Of a stretch of DNA of 64,000 nt, positions 24,701 to 39,289 are shown piece by piece. Both the position numbers and the translations under genes were made by a program. Under the pieces are notes generated by a model that saw only the letters and a program-made list of their open reading frames with translations, ran no database searches and was not told where the DNA came from. The DNA comes from Ascidiella aspersa. Taxonomy: Eukaryota. Location: the NCBI GenBank assembly GCA_963924565.1, contig OZ004615.1, positions 20,460,001-20,524,000 of the forward strand, given 5' to 3'. Each line of letters opens with the position of its first letter. Position 1 is the stretch's first letter.

Positions 24701-26101
24701 AAAAGAAGAACAGCTTTTTTAAGCAGCCCACCCGGTCACATAACATATTCAGCATCCATGTTATAAAGATTAGTATACAAACCTATACCTTTAAGTCTAT
24801 CGTATCGTCTGGTTTGTGTTTGTTTTTCAAATGTTCGATCAGTAGATCCCCTTCTTCATTTATCAATGTTTCAAACTTTTTCTTGCCCAAGCCTTTCCTG
24901 TGGAAATTGTATGTGGAATAAAAAGACGAAGGTTAACTTTATATAACATTTTACATAAACCTTATCAAGGTTATTTGCATAAATAGAGGAATCAGGTGTC
25001 ACTATGTAAAACAAATTGTATTGAATTCTCAACAAGTTTTAATACTACCATGCTTTCAGGTTAAAGTATAAAGTCAATGTATTATTTTATACGTTGACCT
25101 GATGAAGTACGGTTGTGCGAAAGCTTGTCGAGAATTCAATAAAATTTGTCTTTACATAGTGGCACCTGATTCGTCTAATTAGAATTAGGCAAATACGGCG
25201 ATTTACAAAGATTTGCATGAATGTTATCATTTGTTATTTGGTAAAAAAATTATTAACTTGAATTTAAGAACTCGACATTTAGATTTGGTTTGCCTAGAAT
25301 TCCTTTCTGATATTGTAAAATACCATTTTACCCAGTTTAAAATTGCGTACAAAAATGGAAAATAAGGCAAAAAGCGACCATACCCCCCACGAAAACGATT
25401 ATTCTGACAATGGTCATTGAAACACTTACTCTCGAAAATACTTTAACGCGAAATGCTTCTCAGATTTAAAGTCCTCGTCGTACTTTTTAAAAATAAAACC
25501 GTCGTGTCCGGTTGTTCGGCAGAATAGGACATTCCAGGGACGATCAGAAAAGGCATTTCCCTGCTTTACGAAAGCCTAAACAATTTTACAGTTAGCCAAC
25601 AAAGTATATTAGTAAGTCATCAGCCAAAGAGTAAAGGAATAAACACACTTAAAATGGTATAAGCAGGTTTAATCACAATGATTACTTTTCTTATAGTACT
25701 TAAAGGTGTCAAATGAGCCTTATCGATTTACAGTATAGGAAGCGGCAAACAGGCTTTAACTAACCTTGTATTATAAAACACAAAGTTTTGTATGAACATG
25801 TTACCTTGTTAATGACGTCAAATGTGTTTAAAACCACCATTTCGTTCATTCCCATTCGCACTGACATGATAGGTCCGTATCGTTCGAGACTCCATTTCTT
25901 GAATATCTTAGCCGGAGGTGATTTGGCAAGGTAAGGCAGCACTCCAACAATAGGAAAACCGATCGGACCTGGCGGGAATTTAGCGTGAGGTCGTGACCTC
26001 CAGTAAAAATACAACAGAAACAAAACAAAACTGATCCAAGTCCAGGAGTTTAAACTTTGCACGAATCCGACGACGTTTTGTATAATTTCCCGCGGTAGCA
26101 T
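21773..26101 (-). CDS. Cytochrome P450, clan 2 (CYP2-like), gene G3; 9 exons, ~507 aa
   Basis: Exons 26101-25805, 25575-25430, 24897-24789, 24133-24024, 23952-23831, 23420-23302, 22886-22742, 22562-22399, 22084-21773. Motifs AGSETS, EVLR, FSIGPRFCLG. Confidence 0.93.
24989..25170. mobile_element. Inverted Penelope-like pLTR pair (foldback) in G3 intron 2
   Basis: Arm 24989-25072 is the reverse complement of 25086-25170, with a hammerhead core in each arm (one intact, one broken). Confidence 0.7.
25094..25131 (+). ncRNA. Minimal (Penelope-type) hammerhead ribozyme, antisense within G3 intron 2
   Basis: ttgac-CTGATGA-A-gtac(ggtt)gtgc-GAAA-GC-TT-gtcga: stem I ttgac/gtcga, stem II gtac/gtgc, palindromic AAGCTT stem III, then AATAAA. 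Confidence 0.7.
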
Positions 26102-28427
26102 GTTCACACAGCCTTAAATTTGTCGTTTTAGCCAAACTTTGTGGAAAAAATAGCCGCCTTTTGAAGAACAAGACATACGTTACTTCATGAAACTGTAAAT
26201 TAATAATTGATGATTTTATCCAATGCCAAACTTCGGTTTTCAATTGATATTTCATTATATTGTGAATATAAGCCTATAGTTTCTACATCACTTTTTTATT
26301 TTACAAAACAGCTTTACAAAGGCATTGCTTCAGTGCAAATGATATGTGGGAACATCCGACTTTGGTTTTCTAACTATTATAACCACTTTATGATGCTGCC
26401 ATTATGGTAAATAAAAAGGCTGTAAAAAACCGTTGGGTTTACATTTTTCAACCAGCAATACTTTTCAACTTCAGCTGAAGTTCGGAGTATTTTTGCAGCA
26501 ACAATAAACCACGCAAGGAAAAACGCGTCGTTTCAGTGCGTTTTAGGTCTGATTAGTCACTCAACTGTAACACTAACCTTAAAAAAAAAACGCTTAACTG
26601 CGAAGAGAAAATGCCAAATCAACGAAATGGGAAGTCTGTCTTTAAATTTGTTTTTGCCTATTTAACACTACTGATGTGTGAACTGCGGATGGAATGAAGA
26701 GCTTAGATAACATCAAAATAGTCAATTTATTAGGCCTCCAGGCTGCCGGCTAAATATCTTTAACCCAGTTTTGCTTAACGAAATGGTTGATGTAGTGTAT
26801 TTATACAGCATATCAACAAAACATATACAGTTTTAATCTTGTCCACTATGTAATAACATTTCCGACACATTACTTCAATTTAGAGTCAGTGCGGACTTTT
26901 ATTGTAAAACGCACATTTTATCAACACCATATAAATTTATAGTAGGAGTCAGTTTCTTTATTTGTGAACTTTTTGTAAGTTGTTGGTATTATTTTCAAAA
27001 TTGAAGATATATCTTACTCAACTACAACTCATTAAATATTACACAATAGTTACATCAACATTAGAAGCGGTTTGCAAAAATATTTTCGTGTTGTCGCCGT
27101 AGTTCAATTTTGCGTTTTGCAGGCTACACTGCCTAGGATCTGTTGTAGCTTTTCTGGGGGCACTGCCAGCTACAGCGGAAAGAAATTTCTCGCAAAACAA
27201 GCGAGTGTCTGTTCTTCATATGCGTTTTAGGCTAGCCGCATTTGCACAGGAGCAAGAAGTTTTTACAAACAACATTTATAATCCCTCGACGCTCGTCCAC
27301 TAAACATAATGTGGGCATTTATCTGCTGGGTTGATCTTTACCAGCTGAGATTTTAACCAGAGGGTGTATCCATTTCGCTAAGCTATAGTTTTGGTTTTCA
27401 TTAGCCAATTCAACTGAGTGTAAGTTAGCAGGAAAATTTTTTTTAAATTTACCACAGATTAGACATTAAGATCGACTGTAGCCAAAAAACATACGGTTTT
27501 CTTGAGTTATATCTTTAGGACTCGCTTCCAACAAATTACCTGGAAAACTATTTAATTACGAAACAAACATTTGCTCGTATTAACGTCCGTCACATGATTC
27601 GGATTGAAATTCCAAATCATCGATTTGATAGAGTTAAAATTACTAAATGTTTAAAAGGCATGGGCGCTGGTGTTATCACGTTATGACTGTTTATTTTTTT
27701 GTTACTATATAATTGCGTAACTGTACTTCAGCCTAACATCCCTAAGGCTAATGAGTAAAAAACAAGTCAAACTTTGTCTTTGTCAGCAAAACGTATAGGC
27801 CCCTATAGCTTTTGAGTTCAAGCGGAGTTTCATTCTGCCATTTACTTTCGTTTTCGACACGAAAACGTGACTGCTATACACACTTAAATGCGAAACCTCT
27901 ATTATAAGGATAGACCAGAAACGCTTAACAAGGTGTCAAGGTGACTCAAACATTACCAAAAATGGACTAACGGCCTAAACATTTTGTTTTTCAACCATTT
28001 GTTCATTTTTTGAGCTTCGGGTAATCAGTCAGATGTCCTAAAAAATTACCATTTATCAAATTCCAAAGGCAATTATATATATTTGTTACCAATTCTATTA
28101 TTTGCAACCTCAGACAGAATACTAGTTAGCGACGTAGAGCTTTCTGGTTTAAATTCATACTTCAACGTTCTTATCTAAAACGTTTACTGCTCAGTAACAA
28201 CACATGGCATATTCTAAACTGCAAATGTTGCAGACAGCATTGCTTGCATGAACCTCGGTTACTGAACACTAGACGGGTCACGGTTTTGTTTCACGTTCAT
28301 TACTTCGCGAACACGCCATTTGTCACGCGCTGGTTCAACCCTTGTTTTTGGTGGCCTTTTGTCATTTTGTACATAGAATGTTTCACTACCATGTGCTAAA
28401 CTCCTGCAGCTAACGATCTTCATACAG

Positions 28428-28557
28428 AATAGGTTCTCTCTGGCATATATTTCTTCTACCAACGTCCTGTTGGCTAAGTGTGTCAGTCCCTGACGAAGGG
28501 TTGCCGTATAGTAAGCCGAAACCTTGGTTGAAAAAATATATGCCAGAAGAACCTATT
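28428..28557. mobile_element. Inverted Penelope-like remnant with a degenerate hammerhead core, intergenic
   Basis: Arms 28428-28465 and 28520-28557 are reverse complements; the centre reads CTGACGA-A-gggttgc(cgtata)gtaagcc-GAAAC. Confidence 0.55.
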
Positions 28558-29924
28558 TTAAATATACTATGCCTGGTAACAACAGCATATTGACCTTGAT
28601 AAAGGCGCAGCACCTCAAGCTTGCGGATTAACGGATTTTTAAATGAAAAAAAACAGCGATAGATTAACATCACTTTCCTGCGAACGTTTATGCCGAAACA
28701 TCATCGGGTAAAACGCTAAACAATCCTGCTTCGAATAGTTAGGTTGTCAGTCAGTTACGTATATGCAGCCCCCTAGTTGACAATATTGAATAGTTGCACA
28801 TGACTTAAAATTACACAAATAAAAACGTTTGTTCTAGTAATACTTTCAACGCTGTTGTTGTGAAAACATATTGAATAATGTTGGTGCCAGGGCATTTTAG
28901 GGCTTTACACAGATTACCTTTATTGAAATTCAACCTTTACATCTTCAAATTTTAATTGATGTACATGCATTTGTGCCGTGCTTGACATATTCTTAGAGAA
29001 ACTTCGGCTTCTTTTAATATTAAAAATATACCCTTAAATCCACCCCAAATTCGATGCTTGCAGATAGGTGAGAACCTAAAACAACGGTAGCCAAAATAAC
29101 AAATTTTTGAGAAAAAGGGTGTATTTATATTTATGTTCATACTGCACACTTAGTTTTTTCTAGTGTGTTACACGCCAAACTTTAGGATTATCCAGACGAA
29201 AACACTAACACTAACAATAAGAAAGACAACGATTGCGTTAATAATAAAAAAATAAATTTCATTTGGCATACGATTTAGGAAAAGGTATGGTTGTCCTTTC
29301 TGTATCCGATACTAAGCATAAGTGCCTTATTTCCTTTATCTGCTCAAGAGAACGTTGCAATATGGATTTGTTAATTTGTCTAATTGAACTCATAACCTAA
29401 TCAGGTGCGCTATTCTCCATTGGTGTGGCTGCGTTTAACGAACAATCAAAGAGAATGGAGGACTGAGCAAAAATAAACTTTAAATATATGTAAGACTAAT
29501 AATTTGATTTAGTAGGTTTAAACACTATAGATAGAGCATAGACAGACTAAACCTTAAAGCCGTTGGGAGTGAAATCATTTACAAGTGTGAAAGAAAACAT
29601 TTACAAGCACAGTTCATAAAGTGCTACGAAAATAAAAACGAAATAACATAAATGTGTTGAAAATGCAACGAAATATCTTTATTCTTCGCTTTTTGGCGAA
29701 AACCAGACCCTGAACGATGTGTTTAACAAATTGAAAGAAAACATCTTAAGCAGAGGCAAAAAACTCATTAACAAACAATTTGTGAGGAAGAAATATATAC
29801 GGCAAAAAGTTCTGTAAAAAAACATTTTTATTACGAGGACCAAGTCATACCATATTTATAAAACAAAGCGCTTACGTTTTACATCAACGACTTATTACCT
29901 CCTACTTTGGAATAACTTAACTTC

Positions 29925-32900
29925 TTAATTGCGAGTTTTCAACTTTACTTTGCAATCTTTCGGCATGACTAAAACTGAAACAGTTGAATCCAGTGTTGGC
30001 AATTTACCGTTTGCAGAACGAATTGTGAAATTTTGGATTATCTTTACAAAGAAGACGAAGATTTCAACGCGTGCCAAGCTCTCTCCGAGGCAAAACCGGG
30101 GTCCGATTGAAAACGGAATAATCTTGTTGGAGGCAACGAACTTTCCCTCTTCGTCTATGTGCCTGTGTGGGTTGAACTTTTCTGGATTAGGCCAGGTCTC
30201 CGGGTCCATATTTGCCCCATATAAATTACCGAGAACCTACAGGAATAATGAAGATATATTAATGCGATTAATAAAATAGTTAACCCTCGATCCAAAGTTG
30301 CCCTTATGTTGTTTGGTCGTTATTTTCGGGGAAATCAGGACTTCCGCTGTTTAATTTAGAAAAAAACAAAAGCACTCACAGTTGTGCCTTTAGGCAGGAC
30401 GAAGCCTTCCAGTTCGACTTGGGCTGAAGTGTAGTGTTCAACTAAAGGTAATATAGTCCTCACTCTCATTACTTCTTGTATGAAGGCGCATGTGACAGGC
30501 ATGTCGAGTCTCTTTGCCATCGTTGGAATGCCTGATGTTCCTTTAGGAAACATATGTGTGTCATTTGTGATCTATGTCCTTGACTTCTTTGTTGTCGAGT
30601 TTAAGAACCTCACGTTGTCTAATTCAGTGTTTTTAAACAGGTGAATGGAAATTTTTTTTGCAGGGGTGAACCAAAAAAGGGTGAATGAGAATGAACCGTC
30701 AGAAATGGTTGATAGCTCTGCAGTAAATCGATTACTGAACTATTGTTTTTTGGTGTTTTTTTGCTTATTGTAATAGTGAAGTTGGTTTGCACTGAGTGTA
30801 TAAGTACAAAAATTTTGTGACTGTCTTTTGTGTTTTTGTAGTTTTATATTTCTGGACTCGAGAAATTGTAGATTTGCAATGGTAAAACTTGGCTTGAGTT
30901 GATCTTAACAAAAATCGAAACAACCTAAGTCATTTTGTGCTGTTATAGATAGACGAGATAGTTTTATCATATCATTAGACAAGGGTGAATAGAATCTGGA
31001 GATAGATGCTAGGGGTGAACGAAACTAAAAAAGTTTAAAAAGCACTGGTCTAATTTATATAACGTGGCTTGCTTGCAGGACGATTCGTGTGTAATCGACT
31101 AATTTCGGTTAGTCAGGTAAAGGTTCATGATGAGTCTTACAGCTTAATTGTGCTTAGTTTTAAATTCTTCAGGAAGTGTCGGAAAACTATTAGACAAACA
31201 AAGATTTACTTACCCAAAATATTATCAATTTCGTCGTTAATTGACTTTTGATAGTTGGGAAAGTTGAGGTAATAAACAATTAACCACGTCAGTATTGTAC
31301 TGGAAGTTTCCGAGCCCGCCAGGAAAATATCTCTACAGGCGGCTATCATCTGTGCATCCTGAATTAAACAACATACAGGTCGGTTTGCTTGGAACACTTA
31401 GCAAAAAATAGGCATGGTTCTATTTGAGTATAAAGATGGAATGCGTGTACACTAGAAATCGAAATACGCGTCAATTAAGAGTATCTCAATCAATAAGCCT
31501 GTTTATATGCACGTTTAAGCCGGATCGTTTTGGCGCTGGAATGAATTAAGTTCTCTCGTTTCCTAATCGGCCAAAAGGAGTGGTTTTCAATCCGTTCGCC
31601 GCTTAATCTGTTCGTTTCGCGGACGGCCGAAATTGTTTAATGTATAGAATGACCTGCTTTAACGCAGTAAACATCACGCCACTTTTGGGGCATTATGACG
31701 TAACACGAACGGCTAGTCGTAAACAAAACAACAAGTTTAGCGCATAAGGAAAGAATAATACACACACTCGTTAGGTACTAATTTGTGACAGAAGCGCTGG
31801 TCTAAAATCCACAAATTAGAAGATCATTATTCTAGGCCAGTGCCAAATACAGTTTTCATTAGTCATGTTTGGTACATCTCATCACCTTCTTTTGTCCACT
31901 CTGCCTTGTATATAGCGTTCACCAGCACACATAAGCTTAAATTTCCTGCACTTACATTCTGTGTGCCAGGTAAACTGAAGTACTATATACAGTCAAAAAC
32001 GTACTTAATCGGCAAACCTAAAAGTAATTCTTGTTTTTTCTCAAGTAATTCTTGTTTTTTTTTTATCAATTTTAGGTTAATAAAAACGAACAAGCAGCAA
32101 TAGATTGCTACCGCAAGGAGTAGCCTAAACCGAAAAATCGGTTGTGCGTCAGAGGTTTACTGAAATATTACGTGATAATGCATATCAGTGCGGTTTGTAC
32201 ACTCAAGCTGGCTTGAATTTCGCGCCATGTAATTATGACGCTGGAACGGATTACTTTACAATCCGGATTGAACCTTAATCTAATCTTCCCGCGAAAGATG
32301 CATATAAACGGGCTTAGTGATTTCGAATCTGGGCGCTGCGGCTAATTCGGACCACTTCCCCAGCTCAAGGGTTCCAAAATATTTTTAGATTCATTCTAAA
32401 TTTCATTGGCAAGCTTCTTGTTACAGTTGTTGTTTTCGATTGTAGGGCAATCAACCAAAAAATCATTTTTCCAAGTGTTAATTGCGTACAGTCGAGTGTT
32501 TTGTTTCAATTACGTTGAACTAACATCGAAGTATATAAAACCACTTTTCGCAGATCCGAGGTAAGACGCCTTAACGTATTTCTGTTTTTGTAGGGTGCCC
32601 CAAAACCAAAAGATTTGGAACCACTGGTCTACTGGAGGTTGTAGTACGACATAGGTCATTTTTTGCACGATTTAAATACCTTTTCGAACAAATTAAAAAA
32701 AAGTGGTACTTAGGCTAAAATTATATTGGTTGTATATTGGCTTTAATATTTCTACTTCACATGGTAGGCCTAGTGGTTTACTTCTTCTAAATGTTATACT
32801 TACTTCTGACTTTTGGGGTTTCATTCCGTTTCTTTGCTTGTTAAGACAAGAGTCAATATAGTCGTCCACATTGTCGGGATCGAATCTTTTTCTTCGTTCT

Positions 32901-35900
32901 TGGATGCGATCTTTTATAAAACCTGTTGATTAAAAAAAAACAAGAGTCGATTAAAGAGATTCCCTATATCACGTGTGGCATTGATGAATCGGGCATTAAA
33001 AGCCTTGTTTATTACAAGCTTTAGTTTTTGAGCAGCTGTTACGCAGTCTGTTTTTCGCACTCTATATTATTTTTATGATTGTCCATTACTTTGACGCGCA
33101 GATTTTTTTTAGGTCTTATAAATCGGTTGAACAAGGCTTATTTGCTTTAATGTTTTTTACCTGACAAGATGTGTAACAACAAAAATTAAACAGGAAATGC
33201 CTCAAAATCTCGTTTCCATAGTTCATTTTGATCGGATTAAAACAGGCTTTACTGGTCGGTGCATACCAAGTGCCTCAAAGGATTAAACTAGGTTCCGTTT
33301 ATCAAATTTTGATCTTATCCATGATGGTACATTCGGCCCTTAAGGTTCGAAAGCCCTAATAGCTTGACATATTGTTAAAAAATCAACACCGGGAACAGAG
33401 AAACAAATTACGCCTAACGTGGCAGAGTTGTCAAAACCTTTTTTTTAATGAATCCATGGCCCATACCATGCTATATAGTCATAGTCATACAAACCGTGGG
33501 TTAATGGTTTCTCAAGATTTATTTAAAACACTAGATTTCCTTACCATGTCAACATTTATGAAAATATAAAAAACAAACTGGGAGTAGAAACACGACTTAT
33601 TTTACCCTTCATTTGCCCCTGGAATGAAAACACCCATATAAATAAATGTTTAACCAGCAAAAAAAAAACAAAAAAAAAACGCAAAATAAAAAAAACTCCG
33701 GAAATATTTTATCCATTTCCTAGTTGTAGTTATATTCGCCCAAAATGTTTAGGACCTTCTTTAGTTAGAAGTTACCTAGTATGACCAGCATTTTTTTTTC
33801 AAACGCTTTGACAGCTCCTGAAAATGGTGGAAATCCTGCCAAAAAACCAAGTCCGACAACCATCGATAATTTCTTTGAGTGTTTCGGGTCTGCAACTCTG
33901 GAAAACAACGGAAGGCTGTTACTTCAGGCAAAATTTTTGGGCCGAATATAAGAGCGTATACCACTTTTCCAGATCTAAATTAATTAATTTACTTTATTTG
34001 TTTAACATGAATTAACTCCTGTTTTCGCAAGTATACTTCTTGCGTATACTTACAACATTTCGACCGTTTTAAGTATTTTTCCGAATTCTTTATCGGAGTA
34101 ATCATAGTGCTTTCCGAAGGCTGTTTGCATTATGACGTTGGACGTTAGCCAGCAGAAATGTTCCTACAACATTTATTTTATTAAATACTTATTGCGCATA
34201 TAGGATGTATTTTTTAGCATTTCCACGTTTCCTATACTACATTGTATTTGCAGTGCAAAAGTGACCAAAACTATTTTTTTTAAAACTTTAGTATGCATTA
34301 ACATACGTCTAAACAGACTATAGGTTTTACTTTTGTCCAAAATCCTGTTCGATATATATGCAACACGATAAAGGCAGAAATAGCATTTGGTAAATTAACA
34401 AATTTTGTTGGAGTTTTTAAAACGAAAAAAAAACAATAGCGAATTTTATTTAACTCGCACTGCAAAGCATTTACCGGCAACATTGCTACAGTTGTATCTA
34501 ATTCCGTACCTTTAAATTAATTGTATCGTCCGGCTTATAGTGGTCTTGTAACAACTCGACTAAGCGATCCCCTTCCTCGTTTATCAACGTTTCAAACTTT
34601 TTCTTGCCCAAGCCTTTTCTGTAAAGATTGTAAGGGAAAAAAAACAAACTAAAGTTGAATAAAAAAAATGGAAAAAAGTACTACTATGTAAAAAGTCCTA
34701 CGTATCTTTACGTTTACTAGTTTTTGAAGGCAACAACTATAATCATTACGAATTAGTTTGTTGAAAACAAATGGAACAGCTGCAAAATCGATATTCCATG
34801 AAAACTGGACCAACACTTACTCTCGAAAATATTTTAAGGCGAAATGCTTCTCAGATTTGAAGTCATCATCATACTTTTTAAAAATAAAACCGTCGTGTCC
34901 CGTTTTTCTGCAGAATAGAATATTCCAAGCACGGTCAGAAAACGCGCTGCCTTGCTTTACGAAGGCCTGTAGATATACACAAGGTTTACTTTACCTAAAG
35001 GAACTGACGTTGCCAGTATAGGCGAAACATTTATTCCTTAAAAAAATTCTGATCCTGCTTTCACTCTGTTTTTCTTGGAGTTTTTTGTTTATATACGCGT
35101 CAGCGGAACAGTGGTCGACAACAGAAATCGGCTGCCAATGGTTTTCGATTCCATAAAGATACGCCCTTCTATATACACAAGATAGCACTAGGTCACAAAA
35201 CCAGTAGAAACATATGATTGTCGCAAAGTCTTTAAATCTTTGAAAATCTCTAAATGTCTTTGAATTGATTTGCGTATTGAAAAACCTTCGAAAACCCCGT
35301 GTTTGGCCTCATAAGGGGAGTTATAATACAGAGTTATCAGAGTCGTTGAATCTTTGAAAGTCTGTAAATGTCTTTGAAGTGTTCTACGTATTTAAAAGGC
35401 ATCGAAAAGTCTTTTAATACGCTTTGATTTGGTTTTATGTTTAGCCCAAGGTATGTGTTAAGCGAATGCGTTAATAGAGAAACAGTTTTTTAACTATATT
35501 CTTATTGTGTTGTTCGTGACATTAATACTGTTTTGTTTTCAAGCAATTTTATTTTACTTTTTTGTTTTCACATATGTTTAAATAAACGTCGGGCGATCCA
35601 ATTTTAGGTCTTTGCAATACTATAAATATATTCTTTAAAAACTCTTTTAAAACAGCGTGGCAACCCTGTAATAAGACATCAAGTATTACCAAAAACTTTA
35701 CAATATTATATAAGCGGGTTAGACCGTTAAATAGGTTTAATTTAAAAAATAAAATGTAAAGCGTTTACCTCGTGAATAACATCAAACGTGTTTAGAACCA
35801 CCACTTCATTTAACCCCATGCGAACCGACATGATTGGTCCGTACTTTTGTAGGCTCCATTTCTTAAAATCTTTCGCAGGCGATTTGGTAAAGTAAGGTAT

Positions 35901-36062
35901 TACTCCAACAATAGGAAAGCCGATTGGACCGGGTGGGAATTTAGCGTGCGGTCGTGATCTCCAGTAAAAATAACAAAAAAACACAACCAGACTTAACCAA
36001 GTGAAGCTGTTTAGGTTCGACAAGTATTTGAAGCCAGAATGTAGATGTTCCTGTTGGCTCAT
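29925..36062 (-). CDS. Cytochrome P450, clan 2 (CYP2-like), gene G4; 9 exons, ~505 aa
   Basis: Exons 36062-35769, 34966-34821, 34618-34510, 34163-34054, 33897-33776, 32922-32804, 31358-31214, 30540-30380 (161 bp, 1-codon deletion), 30236-29925. Motifs AGSETS, EVMR, FSIGPRFCLG. Confidence 0.9.
30625..31047. mobile_element. hAT-type MITE, G4 intron 7
   Basis: TIR cagtgtttttaaac/gtttaaaaagcactg; perfect TSD gtctaatt. Confidence 0.85.
31497..32313. mobile_element. PIF/Harbinger-like MITE, G4 intron 6
   Basis: TIR gcctgtttatatgca/tgcatataaacgggc flanked by TAA/TTA (TWA-type target). Confidence 0.65.
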
Positions 36063-37618
36063 TTTTTTTGTTTTAAACCGTTCAACTTCTTAATCGCTTC
36101 AATGTTTTAATTACGCAAAGCAAAATATCTAATAAAGATAAACGTTTAAACCTATCAATATATGGTTACCAAAGTATTTTACACAAAAGACTTTTCTTTT
36201 ACGCATATTTAAACAAACATTATCAAAATATAAACGCATGAGCAAAATCGTCTTTCGATTTTCTACATCAAAATGTCAGTTAACGTTGGTTATTTTTTTT
36301 TAAATACAAAAAGTTATTCAACATTTTGTTTTAATTTTTCATTAAATGTTACAGAAACAAGCTAAATACAAGGACCGCCACATTTTTTATGAACTCAGCT
36401 TTTTTTTATACCTAAATGTAAAAAAGTTTGAGCTTCGCGCGAATCTTATTTACACATCTAGTATGTTTGCGTTTTGAGAGAGCATTTTCAGCTTAATTTT
36501 GCCTAACCTGGGACCATTAGCAAAAAAAAAGTTTCGCCACTTTAGTATATCTGAAGGCGTTTAGTTGTGCTTCGCACAAGTCCTTGGGTCTTTTAAATAA
36601 GAACATAATATCAAGAGTTTAACTGTTCTGTTCAAATTACACCATAAACTAGATCGACAAATAAATTTTTCACGTTTCGCAAGTATTTTTATTACACCTT
36701 TCTAATGTGATCATGGATGAAGCTGTGCTGAGTCGATTTTAAACCAAATAAAGGCAAATGTTTTTTCTTTAAATGTAGGTTAAATTAGAGCCATTTCAAA
36801 TGCAAAAAGTCCTAGGTGCGCCCTCCTTAACAAATGCGCTTAAAACTACACGTTTTAATAGACAAAATCAGTTAAAATGTGTTACATCCCGCATATACCC
36901 TTCTTGAGTTTGGTTCAGGCCCGCGACTATAGGAAAAGTCTGCAGGCCCCTGCACTATAAGCTGCACTGTAAAATGCCAAATGCAGTCAAGTTTATTGCT
37001 TTAAAATCGCTGAATTATGTTTGCTACTTTACGATTAGGGTTTTTCTAACGAGAAAACGTCAAGTTCTTTTAATTGTTTTTCGTGCTTTTATTGCTTTGT
37101 GTTGAAAGACTTTAAAACCACGAACAGCATATTACACGAAAAGCCACACTGCCGCATAATGGAAACACGATTTATGCGCGTATAATAAATGCTGTGCAAA
37201 AATTTTATCATGCAACAACCACTTGGCAAAGTACGGAAAATTCCTCATCACCCCGTTTTTGTTTCATTTAATTTCACTTTAAACCTTTAAAAATTTTCCG
37301 GGTCGGTTTCTGTTTTTCGCCCTGTCTTAAGTCATACTTTTGACAAACTAAGCTATATTGAGTTTTTTATTGTTGTTTTTAATATTTGAAAGCAACTTTG
37401 AGCAAAAAAAGGAGTATGTAAAACGTTTTTTGCATGTGGTACAAAATTATGTCACCGTTTTAAACTAACATTTTTCGTTTCTTAATTGGTACAAGGCAGT
37501 ATTAGTTAGTTCATAAATATCGTGTTGTTGTTTACGATGCGTGTTTAAATCTGTTTGTAAGTTCGTGAATAGAGGACAAGGTAATTACGGCAACAGATAG
37601 TGAGCTTTTCGATTAAAT

Positions 37619-37789
37619 TTACAAAGACAACAAAAATATAGGAAAGCCGATTGGACCGGGTGGGAATTTAGCGTGCGGTCGTGACCGCCAGTAAAAATAA
37701 CAAAGAAACACAACCAGACTTAACCAAGTGAAGCTGTTTAGGTTCGACAAGTATTTGAAGGCAGAATGTAGATGTTCCTGTGGGCTCAT
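37619..37789 (-). pseudogene. Duplicated, truncated copy of G4 exon 1 forming a 56-aa ORF (P450 membrane anchor plus PPGP only)
   Basis: ATG at 37789; reads MSPQEHLHSAFKYLSNLNSFTWLSLVVFLCYFYWRSRPHAKFPPGPIGFPIFLLSL*. It runs across the duplication junction at ~37637 into a TAA. Confidence 0.75.
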
Positions 37790-39289
37790 TTTTTTTTGTT
37801 TTTAACCAAATTTATGTTGACCAGTTTAATTTCTTTATTGCTTCAATGTTTTAATTACGCAAAGCAAAAGATCTAATAAGGAAATACGTTTAAACCTATC
37901 CATATATGGTTACCAAAAGTATTCTTTGCAAAATACTTTTTTTGTTTTTTTTAAATACAAATAGTTATTCAACATTTTGTTTTAATTTTTCATTAAATGT
38001 TTCAGAAACAAGCTAAATACAAGGCCCGCCACACTTTTTATGAACTCGGCATGAGGCCATTCCCCATTTTTGTCGTTTATTTTTTATACATAAATGTAAA
38101 AAACAGTTTGAGCTTCGCGCTAATCTTATTTACACATCTAGTACGTTTGCGTTTGGAAAGAACATTTTCAGCTAAATTTTGCATAACCTGGAACCATTAG
38201 TAAAATAAGTTTCGCCACTTTAATATATCTGAAGGAGTTTAATTGTGCTGCGCACGAGTCCTTGGGTCTTTTAAATACGAAAATAATATCAAGAGTTTAA
38301 CTGTTCTGTTCAAATTACACCATAAACTTGTTCGACAAATAAATTTATCGCGTTTTCCTAAAGTATTTTTATCACACTTTTCTTATGTGATCATAAATGA
38401 CGCTTTGTTGACTCGATTTACGAACCAAACAACGGCAAATGTTTTTTCTTTAAATATAGATTAATGAGAGCCATTTTAAATGCAAAAAATTCTAGGTACG
38501 CCCCTCCCTAACAAACGCTATATTAAACTGCTTACAACTCCTCGTTTTAATAGATAAAATCAGCTAAAATGTGGACATCCCGCATAAAGCCTTCTTGAGT
38601 TTGGTTCAGGCCCGCGACTATAGGAAAAGTCTGCGGACCCCTGCACTATAAGCTGCACTGTAAAATGCCAAATGCAGTCAAGTTTATTGCTTTAAAATCG
38701 CTGAATTATGTTTGCTACTTTACGATAGGGGTTTTTCTAACGAGAAAACGTCAAGTTCTTTTAATTGTTTTTCGTGCTTTTATTGCTTTGTGTTGAAAGA
38801 CTTTAAAACCACGAACAGCATATTAGCACGAAAAGCAACACTACCGCATACTGGAAACACGATTAATGCGCGTATAATAAATGCTGTGCAAAAATCTTAT
38901 CATGCAACAACCACTTGGCAAAGTACGGAAAATTCCTCATCACCCCGTTTTTGTTTCATTTAATTTCACTTTAAACCTTTAAAAATATTCCGGGTCGGTT
39001 TCTGTTTTTCGCCCTGTCTTAAGTCATACTTTTGACAAACTAAGCTATATTGAGTTTTTTATTGTTGTTTTTAATATTTGACTCTGTTTATCAAAGCAAC
39101 TTTGAGTAAAAAAAGGGGTATATCAAACGTTTTTTTGCATGTGTTACAAAGTTCTGTCACCGTTGTATAACAAACCAAACTAACATTTTTCCTGTCGCAC
39201 GTTTCTTAATTGGTACGAGGCAGTATTAGTTACTTTCATAAATATCGTGTTGTTGTTTACGATGCGTGTTTAAATCTGTTTGTAAGTTC

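Noticed and set aside
531-30279. Plus-strand ORFs overlapping exon 9 of several paralogs (531-866, 18884-19273, 21891-22205, 29929-30279)
   Set aside because: Antisense shadows of the conserved P450 exon; starts and ends are inconsistent and there is no independent coding signal.
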